Shown one piece after another: positions 1 through 8,478 of a stretch of 18,138 nt of DNA; position 1 is the first letter of the stretch; each line of letters begins with the position of its first letter. Source of the stretch: Bdellovibrionota bacterium (GTDB lineage Bacteria > Bdellovibrionota_C > UBA2361); assembly GCA_044352465.1 (NCBI GenBank), contig JBILDU010000063.1:1-18138 (forward strand), given 5' to 3'. The notes below the pieces were generated by a model. It saw only the letters and a list, made by a program, of their open reading frames with translations, ran no database searches and was not told the origin of the DNA. A program made the translations under genes and the position numbers.

Positions 1-507
1 CATCGTCTTCGAATAAGCCTTTTGGGGGGGGCGGATGTGCGGGGTCTCCTCCCGCACGAGGTAGAGTAGGGGGGCTTTACCCTCCGGTGCCGCGGGGTCC
101 GGTTGGACGCGGTACGTAATTTGAACCACCCCGGAGTGTCGCCCCCCATCGGGTAGGTACTGCCCCCCCTCGAGCGCCATAAAGGTCATCGAGTCGCTCG
201 ATACCCCGGCGGTGCTTTCACCCGGGGTGCCGACGAAGACAACCTTCGCTGGATACGGTTTGTCGAGATTGTCTTTGGGGGGAAGGAGTGGAATCTGTCC
301 GAAACTTAACTGCAATTCCCGAGTAAGGCGCCCGACCACCGTCTGCGCCACGAGGCGGAGCTCCCGCTTGTCATCGACCGCCTTCTTGCCCCAAGAGATG
401 TTGCTCAGAGCGCTGTAACCGACGAAAAGCATCGTCCCAAGTATCGCCACGGCGATTGTGATCTCGATAAGGGTAAAGCCCCGGTCCCCCTTTGACCCTT
501 TACTCAT
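1..507 (-). CDS. gspJ: T2SS minor pseudopilin GspJ-like, 3' end truncated by the window edge
   Basis: Not in the ORF track; translated by hand from ATG 507: MSKGSKGDRG|FTLIEITIAVAILGTMLFVGYSALSNISWGKKAVDDKRELRLVAQTVVGRLTRELQ..., open to position 1. Class III prepilin motif G|FTLIE. Start overlaps the gspI stop (ATGAGTAA). J assigned from gene order. Confidence 0.85.
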   Translation of the reverse strand, partial: MSKGSKGDRGFTLIEITIAVAILGTMLFVGYSALSNISWGKKAVDDKRELRLVAQTVVGRLTRELQLSFGQIPLLPPKDNLDKPYPAKVVFVGTPGESTAGVSSDSMTFMALEGGQYLPDGGRHSGVVQITYRVQPDPAAPEGKAPLLYLVREETPHIRPPQKAYSKTM

Positions 508-1129
508 CGTCGAACTCCTCTGGAGGGGTCGATTCACCGCTTGGCAAGAAATAGATCACCTCGACCGCATCGACCGGGGAGTCGGACCAGGCGACTTTGA
601 GGTTAATCCGTTTCACCACCTCAGGATCGAGACCAGGCAGGGGCCAGAACTCAACTTTTAACGTTCCGGTGAGCCCCTCAAAAGGGGGCCGCCCCCGCCC
701 CCCGGGTGGCTCAAGGGTAAATCCGTCTCCCGGCACATACCTCTCGAGGAGCTGGGTGAGCGGCGCCGTAGATTCTTGAATCTCAAGCTCTTCGTCTGAG
801 ACCTCAAGTGCGGACATTAAGGCGCGGGCTGCGAGCATCGCCTCCTGTTTCCGGGCATCCCGAATCGTTGCTTGGGTCGCCGCTGATTGAAGCCCCAGCA
901 GCACTACAAGCGACCCGGCGAGGATCACAATCGCAAAGGTAATCTCGATGAGGGTAAAACCGTTTGAGCCGGAGCGCCGCGCAGGTATCTGGCTTCGGCC
1001 ATGAGCCTCCGGGGTGAGCTCAGTCGAGTCAAGCTCGCTGGAGTCAGCCGAAACAGGCAAAAGAGCTCGTATGCTGCCCCCCGAAATGGCTCTCGGGTGA
1101 AAAAACTGTCTGGGCGGAGTACTAACCAC
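500..1129 (-). CDS. gspI: T2SS minor pseudopilin GspI-like
   Basis: ORF 500..1165 contains SNG|FTLIEITFAIVILAGSLVVLLGLQ and the C-terminal strand VKRINLKVAW. Start placed at GTG 1129 (AAGGAG 7 nt upstream, 8-nt overlap with the gspH stop); start is uncertain. Confidence 0.8.
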   Translation of the reverse strand: MVSTPPRQFFHPRAISGGSIRALLPVSADSSELDSTELTPEAHGRSQIPARRSGSNGFTLIEITFAIVILAGSLVVLLGLQSAATQATIRDARKQEAMLAARALMSALEVSDEELEIQESTAPLTQLLERYVPGDGFTLEPPGGRGRPPFEGLTGTLKVEFWPLPGLDPEVVKRINLKVAWSDSPVDAVEVIYFLPSGESTPPEEFDDE

Positions 1130-1784
1130 GGCCTTTCTCCTTCCCCCGACCGTAGGTCCATTCAAAATCCTTATAGCCGTTGAAGATCTCGGTATCTCCG
1201 GTAAACGGATTCACGAGGATAGTCCGCTGAGCCGTCTCGCGTATCCCCAGGTGGATGACCGCAAACTCAGAGAAGCCCCGGGGGGAGACCCGTATGTAAT
1301 CGACCGCGCCCTTCTGCCGCTCGGTGATGCCTCGCACCGTGCGGAGTCGCTCAATAAAGATGCCTTGCGGAAACACCACCGGTTCGGCGAGCGATGGGAA
1401 GCCGGGGGGGGGGATGAGGGTGAACTCCTTCCCCACCGAGGGGTTAAGGTAGGCAGCGAGCTCCAGGGTGATCGATCCTGCATCGGTGGCGATGTCGGAG
1501 AGGTCCGCATTAATATCGGCATCGCTCCGGAGCACCCCAACCCGATAGGTGTTTTTGTCGAAGTCGAATTCGAGTTGATAGAATGATTGATCCGCTACCG
1601 CCTGATGATGCAAAAAAACGATCGTTTCGGAGAGCCGCCGAACAAAGCTTTCCTCGTTCCAGTACGAAAAGACCCCGAGTCTGAGCCCTACCACTGTCAT
1701 GACGATCCCAAGAATCGCGATCACGACAACGAGCTCGATGAGGGTAAATGCGCGGGCGGCTATATGACGGGGACAACTGCCCAC
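1122..1784 (-). CDS. gspH: T2SS minor pseudopilin GspH-like
   Basis: ARA|FTLIELVVVIAILGIVMTVV prepilin motif; C-terminal ...RVSPRGFSE...ILVNPFTGDTEI is typical of GspH/FimT-like proteins; GTG start with GGAG upstream; follows gspG. Confidence 0.8.
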   Translation of the reverse strand: MGSCPRHIAARAFTLIELVVVIAILGIVMTVVGLRLGVFSYWNEESFVRRLSETIVFLHHQAVADQSFYQLEFDFDKNTYRVGVLRSDADINADLSDIATDAGSITLELAAYLNPSVGKEFTLIPPPGFPSLAEPVVFPQGIFIERLRTVRGITERQKGAVDYIRVSPRGFSEFAVIHLGIRETAQRTILVNPFTGDTEIFNGYKDFEWTYGRGKEKGRG

Positions 1785-1811
1785 AGGAACTCCAGCTCAG
1801 TAGTAGTCACT

Positions 1812-1839
1812 TTTTAAATGGGCTACCACCCATTTAAAA
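1812..1839. repeat. Perfect 11-bp inverted repeat in the gspG-gspH spacer
   Basis: TTTTAAATGGG (1812-1822), CTACCA, CCCATTTAAAA (1829-1839); no U-tract follows on either strand. Confidence 0.75.
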
Positions 1840-1976
1840 CTCGCTCTACGTTCAGACGAGGCCTCTCGAAACCCCGTTTTCTTGTCGCTCCAAACGCCGC
1901 CGACGTTTGCCCGCGCAACCTAGAAACCACCCGAGAAGCTACTTACAAAAATCTCTCGGTTGGCGCTCGAAGAGGT

Positions 1977-2444
1977 TTACGGCCCGGTGATCGAAGCGTC
2001 GAAATCGACTCCCTGCCCACCTTCACGACCATCGGCTCCGAGGGTTTTAATTCGGTACGAGCGCCCATTGTTTTCAAGGGAGTAAATAAAGGCTCCACCC
2101 CAAGCATCTTTGAGCGAGTCTTCCTTGGTGATCGGAACGCATCCTTCCCCCGTTTCCGCGGTACACTGAGTGAGGCCAGTGAGGGAGGGGGGGAGGCCGT
2201 TGTAGCGCAGTTGATACTGTTCGATCGAGGCCGCGACCTCCTTCATCTTTAGTTGGGTGAGGTCAGCCTTGGCTTTATCGCCTGCGCCGAGCACTTTGCC
2301 CCCGACAAAGGTCATGACCAGTCCGAGGATGATGAGGACGACCACGATTTCAACGAGGGTGAGGCCCCGCTCTCCATGCAGCCGGCAACCCGTGACACCG
2401 CCTCGACCAATCAAAGCTCCTGGAGGATTACTTACTTGCTTCAT
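1977..2444 (-). CDS. gspG: T2SS major pseudopilin GspG
   Basis: ERG|LTLVEIVVVLIILGLV prepilin motif, IEQYQLRYNGLP, KDAWG (DPWG-like), and C-terminal LGADGREGGQGVDFD resembling the GspG Ca2+-binding loop; follows gspF. Confidence 0.9.
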   Translation of the reverse strand: MKQVSNPPGALIGRGGVTGCRLHGERGLTLVEIVVVLIILGLVMTFVGGKVLGAGDKAKADLTQLKMKEVAASIEQYQLRYNGLPPSLTGLTQCTAETGEGCVPITKEDSLKDAWGGAFIYSLENNGRSYRIKTLGADGREGGQGVDFDASITGP

Positions 2445-2668
2445 CGTCTATGACCTTTTGTTCTTTGTCTTCGAGTCTTATATCCGGCGGGGTCGGGTGC
2501 TCCGCCGCCATCACAAAGATATAGTGTATCGGTTCCGATCGCACAACGCTGAAGGCGCTCCAAAGTCGGGGGGCTCCGCTCCGTTACAGCGGCCGGGTGG
2601 GGATCCTGGCCGCGCTCCGGCCCCGGCCCCGAAATCTCTGGGAGGTGGAAAGCTCTTTGGGCGGAAGA

Positions 2669-3898
2669 CTACGTCTTTTGGACAACCGAAATTAAGTCAA
2701 CCATCGGAAGGAGGACCGAGATGACGATGGTCAGCACGATCCCACCAACGATGATCATCATGAGCGGCTCGAGGAGGGAGGTAAGGCCTGAGAGCGTTGC
2801 ATTCACCTCGTTCTCATACGCTTTGCTGGCTTTTCCTAACATGCCCTCAAGCTCGCCACTGCGCTCGCCTACCGCGATCATCTGCCCGAGCATCGTCGGA
2901 AAAATAGCGCTTTTGGCTAATTCTTTCGCCAGCCCGCGCCCCTCGCGCACCCCATCTCGTGCATCCTCGAGCGCTTTTACGATGTGGACGTTAGCCACGA
3001 TATTACGGGTGATGTCGAGCCCGGCCAGGAGGTTCACCCCGCTGGAGAGGAGGGTCGCCAAAGTTCGGGAGACTCGAGCAGTCGCTATTTTAACGTAGAT
3101 CGCCCCGAAGATCGGGAGCTTTAACAGGATCCGGTCGACGACGGCTCGTCCGTGGGGTTGCTGGTGGTACGCTTTCAGAGCGACAACGCCCCCGACGACA
3201 AGCAGGGCGACCAGATACCAGTAGCCTATCATGAAGTCCGAGATCCCGATCATGATGCGGGTCGGAAGGGGGAGGATCGCCCCTTGTTTCTCAAAGATAT
3301 CGACGATTCGGGGGATAACGAACACAAACATCCCGATGATGACCGCAGCGCAGATAAAGAGCATTAATATCGGATACATCAAAGCGGAGTTCACCTTGCG
3401 ACGCAGTTCGAGTTGGGATTCGAGGTAGTCAGCAAGGTTGTTGAGCACCGAATCAAGCATGCCGCTCGCTTCGCCCGAGGCCACCATGTTGATGTAGAGA
3501 CGGGGGAACGCCTTCGGGAATTTACCGAGCGACGTGGCGAACGCGGTGCCTTGCTCGACGTCCTCCCGGACCTCGACGATGATCCGTTTGAGAGCAACGT
3601 TCTCGGTTTGTTCCGAGAGCGCCGCGAGAGCGCCAACCAGCGGGAGCCCCGCGCCGACGAGCGTACCGAGTTGTCTGGTCGCGACAGCGAGATCTTTTAG
3701 GGAAACTCGATTCGACTGGAAGTACCGTTTCACGTCACGGGCGCGATCGGCGTGAATCTCCTTGCCCTCGCGGAGGTCGGTGGGGAATATCCCTTGGGCG
3801 CGGAGCTTCTGCCGGGCACCGCGGATACTGTCGGAGTCGATAGCTCCTTTTACCTGGCGCCCGCGCGCATCAAGGGCTGTGTACTCGTAAGCCGGCAT
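2669..3898 (-). CDS. gspF: T2SS inner-membrane platform protein GspF
   Basis: 409 aa; MPAYEYTALDARG N-terminus, TRQLGTLVGAGLPL, ASGEASGMLD, SALMYP, VGERSGELE, LLEPLMM GspF/PilC motifs. Confidence 0.95.
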   Translation of the reverse strand: MPAYEYTALDARGRQVKGAIDSDSIRGARQKLRAQGIFPTDLREGKEIHADRARDVKRYFQSNRVSLKDLAVATRQLGTLVGAGLPLVGALAALSEQTENVALKRIIVEVREDVEQGTAFATSLGKFPKAFPRLYINMVASGEASGMLDSVLNNLADYLESQLELRRKVNSALMYPILMLFICAAVIIGMFVFVIPRIVDIFEKQGAILPLPTRIMIGISDFMIGYWYLVALLVVGGVVALKAYHQQPHGRAVVDRILLKLPIFGAIYVKIATARVSRTLATLLSSGVNLLAGLDITRNIVANVHIVKALEDARDGVREGRGLAKELAKSAIFPTMLGQMIAVGERSGELEGMLGKASKAYENEVNATLSGLTSLLEPLMMIIVGGIVLTIVISVLLPMVDLISVVQKT

Positions 3899-3912
3899 CC
3901 GGTGACTCTCGC

Positions 3913-5565
3913 CTAAATCTCCTCGTGGGTGGCGAGCAAGACCTCTTCAACGCTCGTTGCACCTTCGAGAACCTTATGTGCTCCATCGATCCTCAGGGTT
4001 TCGAAGCCGTTCTTCATCGCGGCTATTCGGATCGTATTTGAGTCTACCCGCTGAAGTATGAGTGATCGGATCTGATCGTCGATCACGAGCAGTTCATGAA
4101 TTCCGGTTCGTCCGGTGTAGCGGGTGTTTTGACACCGTACACACGCCTGGGTGCCCGGGCGGAACGCGGTTCGTAGGGTCACCGTTTGGGGATTCAGTCC
4201 GAGCTCGCGGAGCTCCTCGTCGGAGAGTTGGTAGGGCTCTTTGCATTCCGCACACAGTCTGCGGACAAGACGTTGCGCCACGATACAGAGAATACTCGAG
4301 GCCGCTAAAAAGGGCTCGACCCCCATATCGAGGAGTCGGGTAATCGCACCGGGCGAGTCGTTCGTGTGCAGGGTTGAGAGCACTAAGTGCCCGGTGAGGG
4401 AGGCTTGGATTGCGATCTCGGCCGTCTCGGTGTCGCGGATCTCGCCAACCATGACAACGTCAGGGTCTTGTCGCAAGATCGCCCGGAGCCCCGAGGCGAA
4501 GGTGAAGTTGATCTTCGGATTTACCTGCATCTGCCCGACACCGTCGAGCTGATACTCAATCGGATCTTCAACGGTGAGAATATTCAGATCGGGGGTATTT
4601 ATCACCGTCAGGCACGAATACAGCGTCGTCGTCTTACCGGAACCGGTTGGGCCGGTAACGAGCACGATTCCGTTCGGTTTGCGGATGAGTTTGTGAATCA
4701 ACTCGAGCTTCCGCCCGGTCAGTCCGACCTGTTCGAGATCGAGCACCGTTCCGGTCTTGTCGAGTAGACGCATGACCACCCGTTCGCCGAACTGGGTGGG
4801 GATCGTCGAGACGCGGATGTCCACATCTTTACCGGCGATCCGCAGCCCGATACGGCCGTCTTGGGGGAGCCGTTTTTCGGCGATATTAAGCCCCGCCATG
4901 ACTTTAATGCGCGAGATAATCGCGGCCTGAAAAGTCTTGTCTTCAGTCGCAATGTCGTAGAGTACCCCGTCGATTCGGAAGCGTACCTTCAGCCGCTCCT
5001 CGTAAGACTCGATATGGACATCCGACGCGCGTTCGGTACTCGCTTTGAATATGATAGCATTAACGTACCGGATAATCGGGGCATCGTCGTCCTCGGCATC
5101 GGTAACATCTATCTTGAGTTGTTGGAGGAGGTCGTCCTCCCCGTCACGCTCGCTCGGTGCCAGCGCGCTCGTGCGATCGCTCATGAGGCTCGTGCGAATC
5201 GAGTTGATCGCACGGGTGATCTCCTCCGGTGAGGTCACGAGTACCTTTAGCGGTCGACCGTAGCACAGGCGCAGCTGGTCCAGTGCCCCCACATCGAGAG
5301 GGTTTGATGTGGCGACGACCACGTGCGAGTCATCCCCGCTCAACGGAACGATCGAGTGCTGGCGTCCCCACGATCCCGCAATACGTTCGAAGTCGCCCCG
5401 CACGAGATCGCGCGGCGGGGCTGGATCGGGGAGTCGCTCGTAGTAGGAAAAGCCCAGCTGGCGGGCGAGTTCGGGGGGCGCTACGTAAGCTCCGGTTGCT
5501 GGCGTGGTTTCGGCGAGCGCGGGCGAACGGCTCGTGTCGGAGTTCGATGATTGCGAATTGGCCAC
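3913..5565 (-). CDS. gspE: T2SS secretion ATPase GspE
   Basis: Walker A GPTGSGKTT, Asp box TVEDPIE, Walker B LRQDPDVVMVGEIRD, His box TGHLVLSTLH, Zn motif CAEC...CVRC, EKRLPQDGRI; extended N-terminal domain. GTG start. Confidence 0.96.
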   Translation of the reverse strand: MANSQSSNSDTSRSPALAETTPATGAYVAPPELARQLGFSYYERLPDPAPPRDLVRGDFERIAGSWGRQHSIVPLSGDDSHVVVATSNPLDVGALDQLRLCYGRPLKVLVTSPEEITRAINSIRTSLMSDRTSALAPSERDGEDDLLQQLKIDVTDAEDDDAPIIRYVNAIIFKASTERASDVHIESYEERLKVRFRIDGVLYDIATEDKTFQAAIISRIKVMAGLNIAEKRLPQDGRIGLRIAGKDVDIRVSTIPTQFGERVVMRLLDKTGTVLDLEQVGLTGRKLELIHKLIRKPNGIVLVTGPTGSGKTTTLYSCLTVINTPDLNILTVEDPIEYQLDGVGQMQVNPKINFTFASGLRAILRQDPDVVMVGEIRDTETAEIAIQASLTGHLVLSTLHTNDSPGAITRLLDMGVEPFLAASSILCIVAQRLVRRLCAECKEPYQLSDEELRELGLNPQTVTLRTAFRPGTQACVRCQNTRYTGRTGIHELLVIDDQIRSLILQRVDSNTIRIAAMKNGFETLRIDGAHKVLEGATSVEEVLLATHEEI

Positions 5566-5604
5566 GCTTTATTTGACCCGTTACGGAGAGCTAAACGGCG
5601 CCGT

Positions 5605-8478
5605 TTAACCGGGGAGCTTCACCCACGGCCCGGAACCGATGTTCATTATCTCATACGGGGAGAGAACGTACCAGGGAGCCTTGAGCCCCGGGTAGAACTC
5701 AGCCACTTCTCGCTCAGATTCGAATATCCCCACCGGCTGAACCTCGAGAGCCTTGCCGTCCACGCGGTACCCGTAACGCTCGCCGACACGGAAGAAGGCT
5801 CGCGCCGGCGCTTTCGGTTCGGTCGGAAGTGCCAGGGCGATGAGCCCCTGGGGTGAATCAACCGAAAACGGCACGTTCGAGGGGAGGGCGGCTGGGTCCT
5901 TCAGTTTGAGGACGACGAGCTGCGCGGGGCCGCGTTGAGGCAAAGCTGCGGTGCGCTCGTTGCCTTTGGCCGCCGCTGGCTCCGCTGCAGGGGGCGGTAA
6001 CGCCGCGCGGGGGGCAGTCCCTGGCACCCGGGGGGATACCTTCAATTGAATCGGCGCCTCAGCTCCCTGAGCTTTTGGAGCGGCTGCACCTTGGGCGGGG
6101 GCACCTTGGGAGGGGGCAGGGCGAATCGTCGTCGGTTTCGGCCCGGTGTAATCGGAACGTTGTGTAACCCGATCGAGATCTGGGTTGTCGAGGACCTCAT
6201 CCCGGCGCGGGTAGATGTCCCGCCCCACGATATCCGCTACCATCCCGTCCCGTTGGTCGAGGGACACGTCCCGCGCGTCGTACTGATCTTGGATTATCCG
6301 CGGGGTGATAAAGATGAGGAGGTTCGTGCGGCGGTGCGCCTCGCTTGACGAGCGGAATAGGTGCCCCAGAACCGGAATATCCGAGAAGAAGGGGATCCCC
6401 TCGTCGTTCTGCGAGATATCATCCGACATGAGACCGCCGATGACGATCATCTGAGAATCTTTGGTGATCACCGTTGTCTCGCTGGTCCGCACGGTCGTTG
6501 TGGGGCCGAGCGTTGAGGCGAGTGTCGCCGCAATAACGTTTGAAACCTCGGTGAATATCTTCAGCGTGACGGAGTCGCCTGAGCTAATCTGTGGGGTGAT
6601 TCGTAAGGTAATACCCACATCTTGGCGGTCGATCTGATTAAACGTGTTATTGAGGTTCGTTTCACTTGTCGACGTACTTGCAAGGAACGGGACGTTTTGG
6701 CCGACCACGATCTCCGCTTGCTCGTTATCCGTCGTCAGAATGTTCGGGGCGCTGAGCACGTTCACGTTTGAGTTCTGCTTCGCCGCATTCAGGAGGACCG
6801 CCTGCGTCGGAATAGCGATTCCACCGGGGAGCTTAATCGTTCCAGAGCTCGCCGCTGCTACAGAGAAGTTAGAGAGCTTCGTTGGATCCGAGATGAGGGT
6901 CGAGAGGTTGCCGAAGTCGCTCTTCGCGAGCACGGCACCGTCGGCTCCCCCGGTCGAAGTGATAAACTCAGTCGAGGTTGTTTGGTTTGCGTCCACCCCG
7001 ACCTCGAGGAGCATCGCTTCCACAAGGACTTGGCGCCTTTTAATGTCGAGCTTCTCAATCAGCGAACGGAGCTTCTCGTAGTCGGTTTTGCTGGCGCTGA
7101 TGATAAGTGAGTTGGTCGCGGGATCGGCGGTTATCGAGATGTTTTCGCCGAGGTTAAAGCTGCCACCCGCCCCGGTTCCCCCCTGGCCCTCGGAACGTGA
7201 CCGACCCGGAGTCCGTTGTTGGCTACTTAAACGGCCTTGCGAACTCATGCCTGAGTTGCGCGATGAGCGGCCCGAGGACCCTAAGCCCCCTAAAGAGTCG
7301 CTCCCCGCGGAATCTTGACCGAAAGCACCGGCCGTGCGGGCTCCGCCACCGCCGCCTTCGCCGCTGAGGCCGGAGAGTACCGCTGCAAGCTCATCAGCTT
7401 TGGCGTGTTGGCAGCGGTACACGTAGAACTTACTTCCCGAGAGGTCGATCTTACTGTCGAGCTCGGAAACAAGTGCGCGAATACGGGCGGTCGTTTCTTC
7501 GTCAGCGACAACGATGATCGAGTTCGTCCGCTCATCGGGAATGATCTTTGGCTCGCGGGAGCGCGCCGCGACGGTTTTCCCGCCACCGCTCACGCCAAAC
7601 GGGGAGCCTCCGATCGACGACGGGGGAACGCCACCCGCCGACGTGGGGGGACGCGAAGAGATCGACTCAGCGGCCGACTCCCGAATCCGGGCCCGAATCA
7701 GCTCGAGCGCGCTGGAGGCGCCGTCGGACTCTTTTTTAGCCTCAGGATTGCCGAGGATATCGTTCAGCTTTATGGCGATATCGGCCGCTTCCGCGTGGAC
7801 GACCGGGATAATCGTCATCTCTCGGTCGGTAAAAGGAACGTCGAGTGAGTTAATCAGCGCCACAAGCCGTTCCACGTTGTCCTGGCCATCGATGAGGATC
7901 AGCGCGTTCGTGCCGGTGTAGGCATTGAGGAGTCCGTCGCCTGAGATGAGGGGGGCCACAAGCTGCTTGATGTCGTCCGCATTCACGTACTTGAGGTTGA
8001 GGAGGCGGGTGACCATGGCTGCGGTTGGTTTGCCGGTCCCGGTCTCCGTTAAGGTGGGGATCGTGCTCTGTTTCGCTTGCTTCGCGGGGACGATCTTCCA
8101 AAGGTTGTCACCGATCGGAACCGAACTAAAACCTTTGAGCGCCAAAACTGAATCGAGAATCCCGATAGCTTCCTCAGAGCTCACCTTCGAGGGGAGATAG
8201 ATCGTGACCTTGCCTTTGACCGCCTCATCAAGGATGTAGTTCCGCTTCGTTTTCTTACTGAAGATCCGCACGATCGCCGCGATGTCGGCGTTTTTAACGT
8301 TGATCTCTGTGGAACCTTCTTCGACCGATGATTCGATCTCTTCTTCACTATCCGTTTGGGCTGTCGCCGGGGCGATCGCCACGGTGCTCATCGCGATGGC
8401 GAGACTCGAGCCGATGGCAAGGGCGCGAATCGAGGGAGCGGGGTGAAGGCGGCGAATCGAGGTAGGTATTCGGTTCAT
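5605..8478 (-). CDS. gspD: T2SS secretin GspD with long C-terminal extension
   Basis: 957 aa; signal peptide, N0 (INVKNADIAAIV...VKGKVTI), three KH-like N domains (LKYVNA, VVHAEA...DERTNSIIV, CQHAKA...DPATNSLII), secretin core (RRQVLVEAML, DNEQAEIVVGQNVP, DVGITLRITPQI, IPVLGHLF, LLIFITPRII). Confidence 0.96.
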   Translation of the reverse strand: MNRIPTSIRRLHPAPSIRALAIGSSLAIAMSTVAIAPATAQTDSEEEIESSVEEGSTEINVKNADIAAIVRIFSKKTKRNYILDEAVKGKVTIYLPSKVSSEEAIGILDSVLALKGFSSVPIGDNLWKIVPAKQAKQSTIPTLTETGTGKPTAAMVTRLLNLKYVNADDIKQLVAPLISGDGLLNAYTGTNALILIDGQDNVERLVALINSLDVPFTDREMTIIPVVHAEAADIAIKLNDILGNPEAKKESDGASSALELIRARIRESAAESISSRPPTSAGGVPPSSIGGSPFGVSGGGKTVAARSREPKIIPDERTNSIIVVADEETTARIRALVSELDSKIDLSGSKFYVYRCQHAKADELAAVLSGLSGEGGGGGARTAGAFGQDSAGSDSLGGLGSSGRSSRNSGMSSQGRLSSQQRTPGRSRSEGQGGTGAGGSFNLGENISITADPATNSLIISASKTDYEKLRSLIEKLDIKRRQVLVEAMLLEVGVDANQTTSTEFITSTGGADGAVLAKSDFGNLSTLISDPTKLSNFSVAAASSGTIKLPGGIAIPTQAVLLNAAKQNSNVNVLSAPNILTTDNEQAEIVVGQNVPFLASTSTSETNLNNTFNQIDRQDVGITLRITPQISSGDSVTLKIFTEVSNVIAATLASTLGPTTTVRTSETTVITKDSQMIVIGGLMSDDISQNDEGIPFFSDIPVLGHLFRSSSEAHRRTNLLIFITPRIIQDQYDARDVSLDQRDGMVADIVGRDIYPRRDEVLDNPDLDRVTQRSDYTGPKPTTIRPAPSQGAPAQGAAAPKAQGAEAPIQLKVSPRVPGTAPRAALPPPAAEPAAAKGNERTAALPQRGPAQLVVLKLKDPAALPSNVPFSVDSPQGLIALALPTEPKAPARAFFRVGERYGYRVDGKALEVQPVGIFESEREVAEFYPGLKAPWYVLSPYEIMNIGSGPWVKLPG

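Noticed and set aside
1818..2724. Plus-strand ORFs 1818..2252, 2253..2453 and 2257..2724
   Set aside because: Antisense to gspG and its spacers, with no recognisable protein features.
5200..5565. Possible c-di-GMP-binding MshEN motif in the GspE N-terminus
   Set aside because: The RLGxxL(L/V/I)xxG signature is not present; only a generic N-terminal domain is supported.
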